A stretch of 61,906 nucleotides of DNA, counting the filler, from Sphacelaria rigidula (taxonomy: Eukaryota): the NCBI GenBank assembly GCA_964200075.2. It is 9 parts of 9 records of this genome, joined end to end, with 100 filler letters (N's around TTAATTAATTAA, not from the genome) between each part and the next. Parts side by side here need not be neighbours in the genome. Positions count along the whole stretch, not along the records: positions 20,673 to 27,461 come from CAXNAA020018069.1; positions 27,562 to 34,350 come from CAXNAA020018070.1; positions 34,451 to 41,239 come from CAXNAA020018071.1; 6 more parts are not named here. One strand, 5' to 3'. The position numbers and the translations under genes were made by a program. The notes beneath the pieces were generated by a model. That model saw only the letters and a list, made by a program, of their open reading frames with translations, had not been told where the DNA came from and made no database searches. Below are positions 23,850 through 35,960 of this stretch, piece after piece (positions within the stretch are counted from its first letter, which is position 1; each line of letters opens with the position of its first letter).

Positions 23850-25715
23850 GGTAGAAGAAAACAAAATTCTCGGAACTGAATCTGACGTTTTGTCCCACCG
23901 GCCCACGCTGCTTCAAGGCCCCACGACAGATTTAGTGATATGGGGTTGTTGTGTGTGGTTATGATGAGATATAAACGAAGTTTCAGCGTCTCGCAGCGCC
24001 AACAGCGCGCCTGCTATCGTGTTTCCCGAACCGAGCCCCTCTACAGGCAATACGCACATGCGATTCGCACAGATTGTCATTATCCGGCGGGTGTCCCAGT
24101 ACAGATCAATATTCGTTTCTCAGCGCAGCGACATCCCACGTGCAGATGACGTCGAAGTAAACAGACGAGTACGTTTACATATGTATTTGCTGACGGTGCA
24201 CGCATTTCTGGGCAGCGTGCGGGCGATTAGAGTGCCTTGACCGAATTTGCCGAATTTTGGAACCAGGGTTATCCTTCCTCTATTCCGCACCGCAAGCATC
24301 GGGACCGGAGAATATGCTGCTTGTGTGCGCCCAACGATGTGAAAAAATGCACCTTCAGGCATGCGGACAAAATGCGGGGAAAGACACTGGTCAATCGTGG
24401 CGAGATACATGAGGTGGAGTTGCGCCGCATATCCCACGTGCGGGAACGTCCTTGCGGCATATATACTTTCCTGGGCACCACGGCACAGCTCCAGAGATTT
24501 GCACAAGAAAATATGACAGCGTCGCTGTAAAGATTCCGCATATGGCCACTTGACGCGGCGCCGTTGTGTTGGTATCCGCAGAATCGCTCGGTGCAAACAG
24601 AGGTGTCGTGCAGGTCCAAGTCTGGAGCCACCTACAGTCTGGATGCGTATATTTCGTCGACTGGCACGAGGTTGATGACTGCATGATTTTATTTGACGAG
24701 CTGAGCCAGCGGTAAATCCCGCATTTGCGTGTCACACCATAACTCATGAAGTCTGCCAAATCACAGCCATACTTGCGTAAAGCAGTGGCACCTATAGACC
24801 AACGTGGTAACGCACGGGACCGCCGCTGAATGAAAAAATCAAACGAAAAGAGATGTACTGCATAATGAGTCACCTAGCCGGCGGAACTACAACAAAAAAG
24901 GAATCAGCCGGGATTCGAACTCGTGATCTCCATCACTGGAGTCAACTGCATCACTTGGATGAAAGAAGCGCAGCCGTGCCACACGAAAATTTGGATGCTA
25001 CGCCAAATTTCTGTCTTTTTTGGCCGAAATTCAACCAGGATCTCCTTCACACAGACGCACAACTACACTGGGGATGCTCCCGTACTTTTGTTGTTCACTG
25101 AGTGATGGCATACTTCTAGTTTTTGCAGAAGCTTGAAGTCTCTGTTTCCTCCTGTTGTTCAATCTTTCCTGGCATCCCCAAGAAGGTTGTGCGTAGTTAT
25201 GATGAAAATGATGAGTTGAAAAATCAACACCCAACGCTCCGGATTACCCACCGCCCGGCCTGGACACATAAGCAAATCACTGTCAGCGGGCCCAGCTCGC
25301 ATATGTTTCGCGAGCTAGCCGGTGCTTGCGGCTCCCCTATTGTACCCGGTTCTGCGATTGTAACATGAAAGCGCCTCGAAGGATTAGAGAAGAGAATTGT
25401 ACGTCGGGATGTGTTACAAGTCACGATTGCTGGCCCAGGTTTAACCAACGCCCGCCGCCACGTGCTGCGGTCTCCCGAAAACTACAACTTCTTTTCTCAG
25501 AAGACTTACACGAGTGCTGCAGCTCATGTTTGGGAGCAAGAGCATCGCCCACTCACAATATTATCGCACACAGATATTTGCAAACACGGGATTCCCCGGC
25601 ATAAACGCGGTAGGGAGGAAATTGTTTTGGCATGCTACACCGCACATCCTCATGCGCGTCGAACATTCCACTCCGGTGATCTGCCGGAGCACGACGACGC
25701 GCTCCGATCACGACA
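23850..25715 (+). repeat. Unclassified dispersed repeat; 23850-24480 resembles 55645-56310(+) and 25120-25715 resembles 46950-47555(-)
   Basis: Shared blocks include GAAGTTTCAGCG...GCCAACAGCGCG, CGCCGCATATC.CAC.TGCGG, ATGTTTCGCGAGCT.GCCGGTGCTTGCGGCTCCCC and CCTCGAAGGATTAGAGAA. Confidence 0.75.
24892..24960 (-). other. tRNA-derived fragment (B box plus T-run), probably a second SINE-type head rather than a functional tRNA
   Basis: The minus strand reads GAGTTCGAATCCCGGCTGATTCCTTTTTT. No intact A box or cloverleaf is recognisable. Confidence 0.4.
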
Positions 25716-26646
25716 GCCGTGGTTCGACAGGGGATTTGCTGGTGAAATACATTTATTATTTTCCCCCCTTGTAAGCACCATGCATGAAGACGATATACTC
25801 TACAGGGCACTTGCTGAAGAAGTCCACCCTATGTGCTGCCTTCACCGTCGCCTGCAAGGACCTTACTCTCGAACATATCTTCGCATAGCCCTCGAACCGT
25901 AGCCACGAAAAAAACAACTGCGAGGTGCATTCAAAGAGCCTGCGCCATAACGGATTCCGCTCCGGCTTCGATCAATAGCGGGCTATTACGTGCGACTGCC
26001 ACCGCATAATCGCACGGCAAGGACGCACGGTAGACCTTTTGTCACCGACCCCGTAAAAAAAAACACGAAAAATCACGGCAAGCACGGGACGATGCAGTCG
26101 AACGATGGAACGAGTGTTGGCTCGTCTTCAAATCCTGCACCACCAGTGTTATACATGACGAGGATTCGGACATGGTCGGTGTCTCCATCGCTGCAAAAGC
26201 GAAACGACGCTGGAGCTCCCCTGCAATGACTCCTTCAGAGACGCAACTGCTTTTGTTCTCTTCCCCTCGGCGCAATCCTTCCTCCACTCGCATCACGTGT
26301 CAAATACGTTAGGTGCAGTCTCCGGTGCGATATGGTGCTGATGTCCCCTTCACAGAAACCTCAACCCCGCGACCACTTCCGATCCGTAGTTGTAAAAACA
26401 GTATCTGTGGGTGGAGAAAAGCGCGCTTTGGCAGTATGACGTATCACGAGGAAGGTGTCACGGAAGACGTCTGCACTTTTGAGTGGATCCGCATCATTCC
26501 CGCGACATTATTTGCCTCTCCGTGGCGTAGCTGATGCTCCTTTGTATAGAAGCACAGATAAAGTCCTGGGCAAATGTTTTCGTGGTAGTTCTTAAGTAGA
26601 TAGCCTTCACGATAGCCCCCCCCCACACACACACAAACGAGATAGA

Positions 26647-27263
26647 TATAAATAGGGGGGAAAGGAGCGCTCAGTCGCAAAGTAGAAGAGGAAGAACACC
26701 TGGAGATATACGGGTGGTTGAGAGAAGGGATCGGAACGAAAGCATGTTTGCATGGCCGCATAGACGCTGCGAAAAATATGAAATTGAGATTCCGGGTGGG
26801 GGACCTGCACCTGCCAGAAAGAAGGGAGATGTATACCAGTCGTCGAAAGGAGGAGGAAATAGATGCACAGAACTATTTATGTGGCAAAGGAAAAGAGAGC
26901 AGAAATCATATAGTGGCAGAATGTGAACTATACAAGGAGGAACGGGACATGCTAGAGGGGGAAATGCGGGACGTGAATGAAGGTGGCATGAAATCGTTTG
27001 ATGGATTAGACAGTAGGGAGAAAACGATGGCTGTACTAGAAGATAGATGGTGGCCAAAGACGGCGAAACAGGACGGGGATAAGATATAAAAAAAATTATG
27101 TCATGTATGGAAGAAACGTAGTGAGCTAAGGAAGAAACGTGATGATCGCCGTAATGTTGGAGGTGTCTCTATTAGAAGTAGGAACGGCGCTCCGTCTCGA
27201 AAGGGATGCGTGGTCAATGGTCACACGACCAAGGCAAGCAAAAAATGAGTATGCCCCCCCCCC
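26647..27263 (+). mobile_element. LINE family A, 5'-truncated copy
   Basis: High identity to 12660-13255 (KLRFRVGDLHLPERR, ESRNHIVAEC). Ends AATGAGTATGCCCCCCCCCC. Confidence 0.9.
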
Positions 27264-27561
27264 AAACCAGCCAAAGGCAGTGTAAAAGACGTGGCTGTCT
27301 CTAGAAGTGGCGATATCAGAAAAAAAAAAAAATCATTGTAAGCTGTCATCCAAATGCAAGATGATCAGTGGGCTTCAGACCGAACAATCTTAGCAGGATG
27401 CAGCTCACTCTTCATGCGACTCGCCGAACACACCATGGCGCTTCGCGCTTGGTGATTGAGTNNNNNNNNNNNNNNNNNNNNNNNNNNNNNNNNNNNNNNN
27501 NNNNNTTAATTAATTAANNNNNNNNNNNNNNNNNNNNNNNNNNNNNNNNNNNNNNNNNNNN

Positions 27562-27631
27562 CTTCTTCGGGCTGTCGTCGTTGAGCAACAACCCTCAGAT
27601 CAACAAGCTCGTGAGGTTCAACATGAGACAG
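27562..27631 (+). CDS. TIC20: Tic20/Ycf60-family plastid envelope translocon protein, exon truncated by the contig start (FFGLSSLSNNPQINKLVRFNMRQ)
   Basis: N..I...VRFN..Q|AI.LD is the Tic20 family signature; CAG|GTGAGA donor. Confidence 0.8.
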
Positions 27632-28914
27632 GTGAGAGCTTGTGCTTGGTTGGGTTGATGTTTACGGTTGTGATGGTACGTGTGAGGGACAGGGCTGTGG
27701 CTGCAGTAGACTGTGGAACATTGATACGGCACTCTGTGGTGTCGATTATCCCCATTGATATTGTATTCGACAGCTAGCCGACGTGGGTATCATTGTCACT
27801 GGAAGTATATTTGGCGCCTGACCTAATCATTTTGTGATTTCTTGTGAACTGGCGATTTTCCCGGACTTTTTCGCTCGTCACTGCTCATCGCATTTGAGTT
27901 TCGAAAATACCCGTATCCGCTCCAAATTCAAGAAAAAACATCAGAGCTCGATATCAGAGAGTTTCGGAAAACAAAAACGTGTCGGAAAAACTCGGGGAAA
28001 ATAACGTTTGATCAGATTTTAGGAAGAAGACGCGAATCATCCCCGAGTTTTTGACTCCGCATTTTGTCTTCCGAAACTCTTTATTGAATGACTTGCGGGC
28101 TGACCGGTCATCAGGGGTCTCGTCACTTTCGAGCCCAGATATTGATTCTCGATATTGTCTTCCCCTCTGTTAAAAAAATGCAATCCAGCCATCTTCATCA
28201 ATCTAATCATCCATACACAATCAACCTTAACCTAATTCATATTTTCATTATTATCTTATTCCGATATTCCTATCGATTGAGCCTATTTCGATCGTATTTG
28301 TGAAAAAACTGAAGGGGTTGTTTCTTTCTTTCATCTATTCATTGCACCAGAGCCGAAAAACTGAATTTCACGGTCAATGACACCGTCCATATGAACGGGG
28401 TATCTACTCGTATCGCCCGATAACACAAGTATCACACCAACAACTGCCTACTCTGGCACTTTCGAGTTCTATCGAAGCGTACTACGCTAGAAATGCCTCA
28501 AACAACCCGGAATAGTCCTGATGCTAAGCACCATAGACGCAGCCCTCTCTGTCACTACTTCGGACGTATTAGTCGACAGACCAGCATCGCCTCTATCGAC
28601 ATTCGAGTCCGAACAACAAGCTCACCCGCTTTCCGGTCACTGATCAGTTGTGAGCTTTTGTCGTTAATGATATACCCGTGAAAGCTGCTTTCATTACCCT
28701 GCCCGTGTTTTCGATTTGATCCCGAAGCTGTCCAGTGCGTTGTGCAATCCCTGCTCATGATGTTGTTGTTGTAGACTCTCGACTGATGGGCCATTCTAGC
28801 GATCATTTTCTCCCCTCTCAGCCCCCATCTACGTGACGCTCCCGTGTTTTTTTCTTTCTTTTCATGTACTTTTCATTCGAGTTGCTCGCGAGTGTTCCCG
28901 TTCTGTCCACCCCC

Positions 28915-28996
28915 GGTGTGTCCATCTTGTGGCTGCAGCGGGATCCCCCAACGACGGTGTGTCCATCTTGTGGCTGCAGCGGGATCCCCCAACGAC
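28915..28996. repeat. Perfect 41-bp tandem duplication in the Tic20 intron
   Basis: GGTGTGTCCATCTTGTGGCTGCAGCGGGATCCCCCAACGAC occurs twice. Confidence 0.95.
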
Positions 28997-29102
28997 AGCA
29001 CAACGTGCGACAATCATTGAATCAATCGATCAAGCAATACACATCGTCCGATCTTTCATGCTCCTGTCCTTCCTCCCGCCCTGTCCTTCCCCCCGACACC
29101 AG

Positions 29103-29348
29103 GCGATCAACTTGGATATTGCACTGATCGTGCCCGGGATTCTTGGAGCCTTGGCCTCCGCTTCTCTCGGCAATGATGCGTACAAGTTGGCACCGTTGAC
29201 CGGCGCCGGATCTGACGTGATTTTTGTGGCCCTTTTGGCGGCTGTAGCGTACTCGGTGGGATCCTCCGCATTTGGGGAGTTCCCGAACAAGCTGCCGTTT
29301 TTCGGGCGGATCAACCACGAGAACCCAGAGCAGGAAGAAGAGTTGTGA
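29103..29348 (+). CDS. TIC20: Tic20/Ycf60-family protein, terminal exon (AINLDIALIVPG...GEFPNKLPFFG...EEEL*)
   Basis: CAG acceptor in phase 0 continues the RFNMRQ-AINLD motif. Two hydrophobic segments, the G..P..LP motif and a TGA stop follow. Confidence 0.82.
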   Translation, partial: AINLDIALIVPGILGALASASLGNDAYKLAPLTGAGSDVIFVALLAAVAYSVGSSAFGEFPNKLPFFGRINHENPEQEEEL

Positions 29349-30101
29349 TTTTGAAGGCAAATTTGGTGTAAGGTTTAGACAGCGGGTTTGAATTTTCTTC
29401 TCGGTCCGTGGTTCTCTCTTCTCGTGTATTTTGCTGTGGACGGTGCAGTGCGGTGTAACGGTAGTGTTTGTTGATGATCGGGGTTGTATATGTGAGTATG
29501 GACAGACGGACCCATGATCTGTACAGTCGTGGACAGTGTGTGTGTGTGTGGGTCGTCTCTTTTAGAAGAGCACTTGCCGATGTGGTGGATGAGCATTTTG
29601 TGCCCGACATTCGAGCGTTGGCACCTTTCGTGGACAGGTTTATTTCGTGCACGCGTCAATTCGTGTTGTTGGATGCCGATATCACCTGGCGGATCAGGAT
29701 TTAATGTTGTGGTGCCGAGTTCTTGGTTGTAATTTCGATAGATGGATGTGTTGTGTGAGGGTAGACGGTTGTGGTACGACGTTCCTCGTTTTGCTGTTGT
29801 AAATCACCGAGTGTGCATGAGTGAAGAAGCCATTTCATTAATCGAATGTCTTCCAACATTTCTCCAGTTTGGCGGGAAGAGGTTCACGGGTGGTACGAGT
29901 ACAGGTCGGCTTCACATCCTGACACCGTCCGAACATGTTTGCCTCGGTATTCTGGCCTCCTGGTGATCCAGGACGGCAAGAACATGTGCTCTTTACGCTC
30001 GATGTTCTAGAGAAAATGTAGTTTCATTCTTCAAAATGAATTACATGACATGTTGTACATTTCGAGACGTGTTGCACGTGAGGCACATGTTGTCCCATTT
30101 C

Positions 30102-30740
30102 GTCTTCCAACTTACGGTGTTTTCCGCTGACGCTGAAATCTCCTGCCAAACGTCGTGTGGGGGCGGACGTCCGAGGCATTCGTATGCGCTGACTGCGGCA
30201 CAATCCTTCGAGTGTTACGTCCGTAACCCCAGCACTCATCATTTCTGCCCACCCTTACACCTGAACCTATTTGTCATCTTCTCCCCATGGGGCCACGACA
30301 AGACGACTGGTTGTCCATCAGTCCTTCAACTTACGGTGTTTTCCGCTGACGCTGAAATCTCCTGCCAAACGTTGTGTGGGGGCGGACGTCCGAGGTATTC
30401 GTATGCGCTGACTGTGGCACAATCCTTCGAATGTCACGTCCGTAACCCCAGCACTCATCACTTCTGCCCATCCTTACACTTGAGTGTATTTCGTCATCTT
30501 CTCCCCATGGGGCCACGATAAGAACGACTGGTTGTCCATTAATCTTCCAACTTCCGGTGTTCTCCGCTGACGCAAAAATATTTTGGCAAAAGTCGTGTGA
30601 CGACGGACATCCGAGACATTCGTGTGCGCTCACTGCGACACAATCCTTCGAGTGTCATCATTTCTGCCCATCCGAACGCTTTAGTCTATTTTGTCATCTT
30701 CTCCCCATGGGGCCACGATAAAAACGACTGTGGTTCATCA
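30102..30740. repeat. Tandem repeat, about 3 units of ~220 bp
   Basis: Units start at about 30102, 30321 and 30541 and each ends TCATCTTCTCCCCATGGGGCCACGA. The third unit has an internal deletion. Confidence 0.9.
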
Positions 30741-31067
30741 GAGTGGACATTCTTCCCGCAGAAATATGACGCCACATGAGCAAAAACGATTCAAATGATT
30801 TCCGGTGATCCATCACGGACGAATGAAAGTCTTGCATACATGAGCCGTGATGGGGCGGTGGAGCACCGTATCCTCCATGCGCGCAGGCGACGCAAATCGT
30901 GTTGGTTGGACGAGGAATCTATTCATGCTTCATTCACTCGAGATACCGTACGTGATTTATGTCCTGACGATCCTTCGCGAATATTGGACTCACAATAAGT
31001 GAGCGGGTAAATGAAACGCACCGTGCTGTCGTGTGGCCAGTAAGCAAGTCACATCCTGCGACTGGTA

Positions 31068-31400
31068 AACACGCGGCCATTTGGCTACCTCCAAATTTTC
31101 TCCAGCTGGGTAAACTTTTCGAGCCTCCAGAGGAATTAAACGCCTCCGGAGGGGTGCGCGGCCCTCCAGAGAATATTTTGTGATTTCCTCCAGAGGGGTT
31201 AAGCGCCTCCGGCGGCTTATTTTTGCCTCTGGAAGACCGCGCATACCCCCAAATTCCTCCCGAGGGGTGCACGGCCCTCCGGGTCGGTAGAGTTGGGTTC
31301 CCTCCAGAGGGATTGAAAGCCTCCGGGGGCTTGTTTTCCTCCTGGAGGGCCACGCATCCCTCCGGAGGCATTTTGGGGTGTAGCCAAATGGTCGCGTGTG
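31068..31400. mobile_element. MITE, Tc1/mariner-type (TA target duplication)
   Basis: Terminal inverted repeats (A/C)ACACGCGRCCATTTGGCTAC, with TA on both flanks (31066-31067 and 31401-31402). The interior is built of CCTCCNGAGG palindromes. Confidence 0.8.
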
Positions 31401-32596
31401 TATGGGTTGGTTGAGTCACCCAATACCATTAGAAGGAAGCCTTGCAAGCATTTTGCGCACGTACCTCGACACCTTGGGTTCTGTTTATGAACACTGAACG
31501 ACCCGGAAAGAACACGCGGACAAAAACTTTTGGAACACGAAAAGCTCCGCACCATCAGCCTTCGACAGTATCCGGTATAAAAGCGTCATGCTTGACTGGA
31601 GAAATGACAGGTGTCGCGCGACTATATATTTTCCGCCGTCGCATCCATCCGTTTGTTGCTTTTGTTGCCCCGAGATGAACAAGCTCAAGAAAGAAAACAA
31701 AAATACTGTGTAGTAACGCCTTATTGCACCTGGAAAACTGAAATGACAGTAGAAGGAATACAACATATTAGGTTCTAATACGCAGTGGACGGAGGTGTGG
31801 CCACAAGAAAATGAGCGTACTGGCCGGCTCACGCATTCGACCCAAAATTCACTCATCTGCGAATGTTCACGCCGATTCGTGGAGTTAGACTCTGAAAATT
31901 CGCACACATACTCTATAGGGCATTTCGAAACTATTAAGGGATGTATTGTTCCGATGTTTCTTTTTCGCCCTTTATCAGGGGTTTCAGGGTCTCGGGGAGT
32001 AACATATCACTCTTGGAACCCCGAAATCCGGCGATAAAATGACCAAAACAAAAAAATCTCATTCGTCACGAGTTCTGTAATGCCCCCCAGTATCCATGTG
32101 CAAATCTTCAGAGTCCAACTCCAAGAATCGGCGTGAACATTCGAGATTTTGTGCGACAATGTGGGCTTGAACGGTACTAAGTCCCAAAGCACTCCGTTTT
32201 AGTCTTGAAACGGCTTTTTTCGAGTACGTTTAGTGTTGTCTTCCCCTTGCCCAACCTCCCCCCCCTCCCAAGAGAAAAAAAAACACCCCATCCCTTTCAA
32301 CAACAACCAAATACCGAACAACCGAACAGTCCTTTATTGGTATGTCGAGGCCATTCCCAAAACGATCGCAGTGCAACGTGTTTTCACTTACTGAACGACA
32401 CTTCGTATACGAATGTTCCTTACACTGCGCCGGGACGCTTCTCTTTTGGAATTTTGAACCGGCTTCCGGGGGTCGCCGCATTAAGACCCGGGAAGTCGTT
32501 CAAGAGCGGAGAAACTTTGAAATATTTGCAACAATCCACTCTGTCCCTTCGGACTATCAAAGTCTACCGAGCTGCCCAGCTTGAGAGCGGTCGGAG

Positions 32597-33396
32597 ATTT
32601 TCCAAGACATACTTCCTCTGTCCCACAAGATAAGCCCGTTTGGAAAATTTCATTGGATAAGCCCGTGGAGAAATTGCGATAATGTGCCCAATACAGGTGT
32701 TTTCGGCATACGGATCTCCAACATGTCTTGCACACATGGTTGCCATCATGTAAAACAAATGCCCCAGGGAATCATATGTTATCATCCCCGGCGTGAAAAA
32801 ATCACAAAGTGAGCTTATGTGGTGAGATTTTCCGAAGGAGAGCCAGGGTTTTGTCAGAACGTCGGCTCAATGTGTGATACGGGGGGTACAAAGAACCCTT
32901 TTTCCGATGCTCAGACCCACGGTAGTGTGTTTCATCGTCGACCGCAGTCTGGTTCGTCGACATGATCTGTAATGCTCGAGAAGGCGGTCCGCAGGGTGTC
33001 CTCGCTTGTTGACGGCTGCTACCTTTGGGAGCGTGGACTGCTGCGTGCTCAAATAGTGCTGTGGTGGCGGCAGACGGAAAACTGACGGTTTTGGGCGGTT
33101 CTCCGAAACGCCTCGGGAACCATGAAAAAAATCGTGTCTCCAAAAATCGATGGAAAGACTGTCAACCGGTAGATTCCGGTTGTGCATGACCGACACACTT
33201 CGATCGCCGTGAGTGCAGCTGCTTGCCTATTGGGGGCTCGGCAAAAGCCTCGGTTTTGTGTTATGCTCCAAAACTTCATGAGAACAACAACAACAACAAA
33301 AAGCTCGGGGAAAGCCGAAAATACGCACGAGAAATGCGGCAAAACCTCCAAACAAGCTTATCTTGTGGGACAAGGGAAGTATATCATAAGGAAACC
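32597..33396. repeat. Inverted repeat pair (~55-bp arms at 32597-32650 and 33340-33396)
   Basis: ATACTTCC..TGTCCCACAAGATAAGC..GTTTGGA and its reverse complement. Confidence 0.75.
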
Positions 33397-33920
33397 CGCG
33401 TCGGAAGTCTTTCTGCGTCTTTGGTGCGTATCATCAGTAAAAAAATCCGACGACGTCGGAACCCCACATTACCGAGATTCCACGGTTTGGGGTACAATTC
33501 GACTTCATGGAAATCGTTCTCAAATCCGTTTTTCCTGTTAGGTTCCCGGGTTGCTGGCGGTCACTGCAATGCGAAGCATGTGGAGATTAGGCAGATATTG
33601 AGTTGGGGATTCGCATCTTGAAATTGAGAACAGTATTGAGACCGCTAATTGATCGAGGTACCCTTTCATTCTATCAAGAATTTCATGTTGCATAACATCT
33701 GTGAGTCAACGTTCGTTCAGTGGCATCAAGCTAAAATACGGAGGTTTGTTCACTGAGTAGCAGGCGGGATATTATGCGGGACACTGGGAAACTATTGGAG
33801 TTGTTAAGCAGCCTTCGAGAATGTTGCGGTGTGAACGTCGTCCTGGGAAGATATCATTTACTTGGAAGGCGGGGGAGAATTGTTTTGGGCACGTAGCCCC
33901 CCCCCCCCTCCCCCCTCCAA

Positions 33921-34350
33921 TTGCATTGTCAATATAGCGTAAAGAACATGCAGATAAAGAGATTGCCAGCTATAGTTAATAAGGCTGTATGGAAGAAAAC
34001 TACGAAAGGGCGTGCTATAAGGTGGGATACAGAAGCCGAGAAAATATGGAAGGAGCTAGGCGGAAACCAAGAAGAAATTCTGTCCATACATGAAGACGCG
34101 GGGTGCAAAGCAATAGTGAGAGATATGATCGAAATAAGGGGAAAAGGAGTGCTCAGACGCAAAGTAGACGAGGAAGAACACCCGGAAATATACGGGTGGT
34201 TGGGAAAAGGGATACGGATGGAAGTATATTTCCATGTCCCAATGGACGCTACGAAAAGTATGAAACTGCGATTTCGGGTGGGGGACCTGGACCTGCCAGA
34301 AAGAAGAAAGAGATATAAGAGTCGTCGAAAGGAGGAGGAAATAGATGGAC
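33921..34350 (+). mobile_element. LINE family A fragment cut by the contig end
   Basis: KRLPAIVNKAVWKK...MKLRFRVGDLDLPERR is homologous to 12470-12870. Immediately preceded by a C tract (33897-33918). Confidence 0.88.
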
Positions 34351-35757
34351 NNNNNNNNNNNNNNNNNNNNNNNNNNNNNNNNNNNNNNNNNNNNTTAATT
34401 AATTAANNNNNNNNNNNNNNNNNNNNNNNNNNNNNNNNNNNNNNNNNNNNTCTCGACCCCTCGGGGCCAAGCGAATCTGAAGGGCAGACTAGGCTCCTCT
34501 CTGTGGGGTGGTGCAAAGTGTCCGAGACGTGTGTTGGCGGTTTTGCCTGTTTGGGGGTCAAAAGGTGGGTCAAACGTCTCAAAAGTGAACAATCCGTGGG
34601 CCAAAAATCTGTTTGCCATAACATCTGGCCTAAAGGGTGTTGTTTGCTATTTTCCACAATTTTATTTTTTATTATTTCTTTTCTTTCAATTATTATGATT
34701 TTACCTTCTATTCTCGTTCTTATACTCCTCCTCTGATTTTTCATAGTATTTTTTTTCTTTCTCATTTTTGTCACAATTTCAACCTCCCCCCTTCTTCTCT
34801 CGAGACGAGTCCGTGGTCTCAAGGGGATCAAACCATCTCAATCTCTCCTCCGGCACGCTACACACGCGCGTTGCATGCTGGTCTCGCGGATATGGACTAG
34901 CGCTGACTCCCGCGTCATATCGACTCTCCTCGAACGGACTCAGTCGAACAAACTATTTTTGCTGCCGCGTTCTCCCGCTTTCAACGGCGGAAATCGTCAA
35001 AAAAACAAGAACAAAAAAACAAGCGTATCTGGCGGGAATCGAAAGGGCTCAAAATTTTCGCACTCCTAACTACTGGTGCGCGTTAAGGACATATCATCAT
35101 GACTCAAAATCACCACATTCACGATTTCTTCGGCCTGATAATCCAAAAGGGAGAAAAAAAGATGATCGCTGGTCCAAGGGCTAATCACGCAACTTTTGCA
35201 CCATTCCACATGTCTGGGCTGCGTGTACCTGGGTTGCAACGCGGAAATAAAGCCTAGGGATTGATTTGTCACGAGTCGAATCATCGATTTGTCCTACCCT
35301 TGTAATGGTGTCACTTGGACCATTGGGTCCCCGGGGCTCATGTGCCCCAATATACTGTAGCACCGTAAGTACTGGTATCCACGGTGCCAAACATACCCGG
35401 AAAAAGATATGACCCTCGAGGTTGCTTTTTAGGGGCATGATGTACCATGTACCCCGATATACCACTGCAGCACTTGAGGTAGGTACTGGTACTGTATGAT
35501 GCCGAGAAAAGCCGAAAAAACATTATCCAGGGAGTTGTATTTCGCGTACGGGTGATGTACGCCGTATCCTGCGGTGCTCGCTGGAAGTTTGCTGCCGATT
35601 TTGTTTTAGAGCAAGAAAAACTACGCCCGAGTCACGAGCCGCTGTGCATACATAATCCATGCCTGCAGAACACGAACTGGCACATTTTCGTCGCGCCCAG
35701 CGTTTTTGTCCATTCGCTGCTCCAAGCACAAGATAGGTGGATCCTTTTGTTATGACG

Positions 35758-35960
35758 TTCTTCTTCTTCTTTTTCTTCTTTTTCTTCTTCTTCTTCTTCT
35801 TCTTCTTCTTCCTCTTCCTCTTCCTCTTCTTCCTCTTCTTCCTCTTCTTCCTCTTCCTCTTCTTGCCCGTCATTATCCAGCGGTCAAATTTTGGTCTCTC
35901 ACTAAGCATGCACGTCGTAACTTTTTGCTTGTTGTTGTTGTTGTTGTTGATGATGATGAT
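35758..35960. repeat. Microsatellites (CTT)n/(CTTCCT)n and (GTT)n(GAT)n
   Basis: Directly visible simple repeats. Confidence 0.95.

Noticed and set aside
25411-25902. ORF apparently conserved with 46918-47486
   Set aside because: The similarity reflects a DNA repeat. The differences inspected are mostly non-synonymous, so coding function is unsupported.
30102-30740. Possible CRISPR-like array (also 13830-14820 and 31120-31370)
   Set aside because: Whole units repeat without unique ~30-40-nt spacers, there are no cas genes, and the context is eukaryotic.
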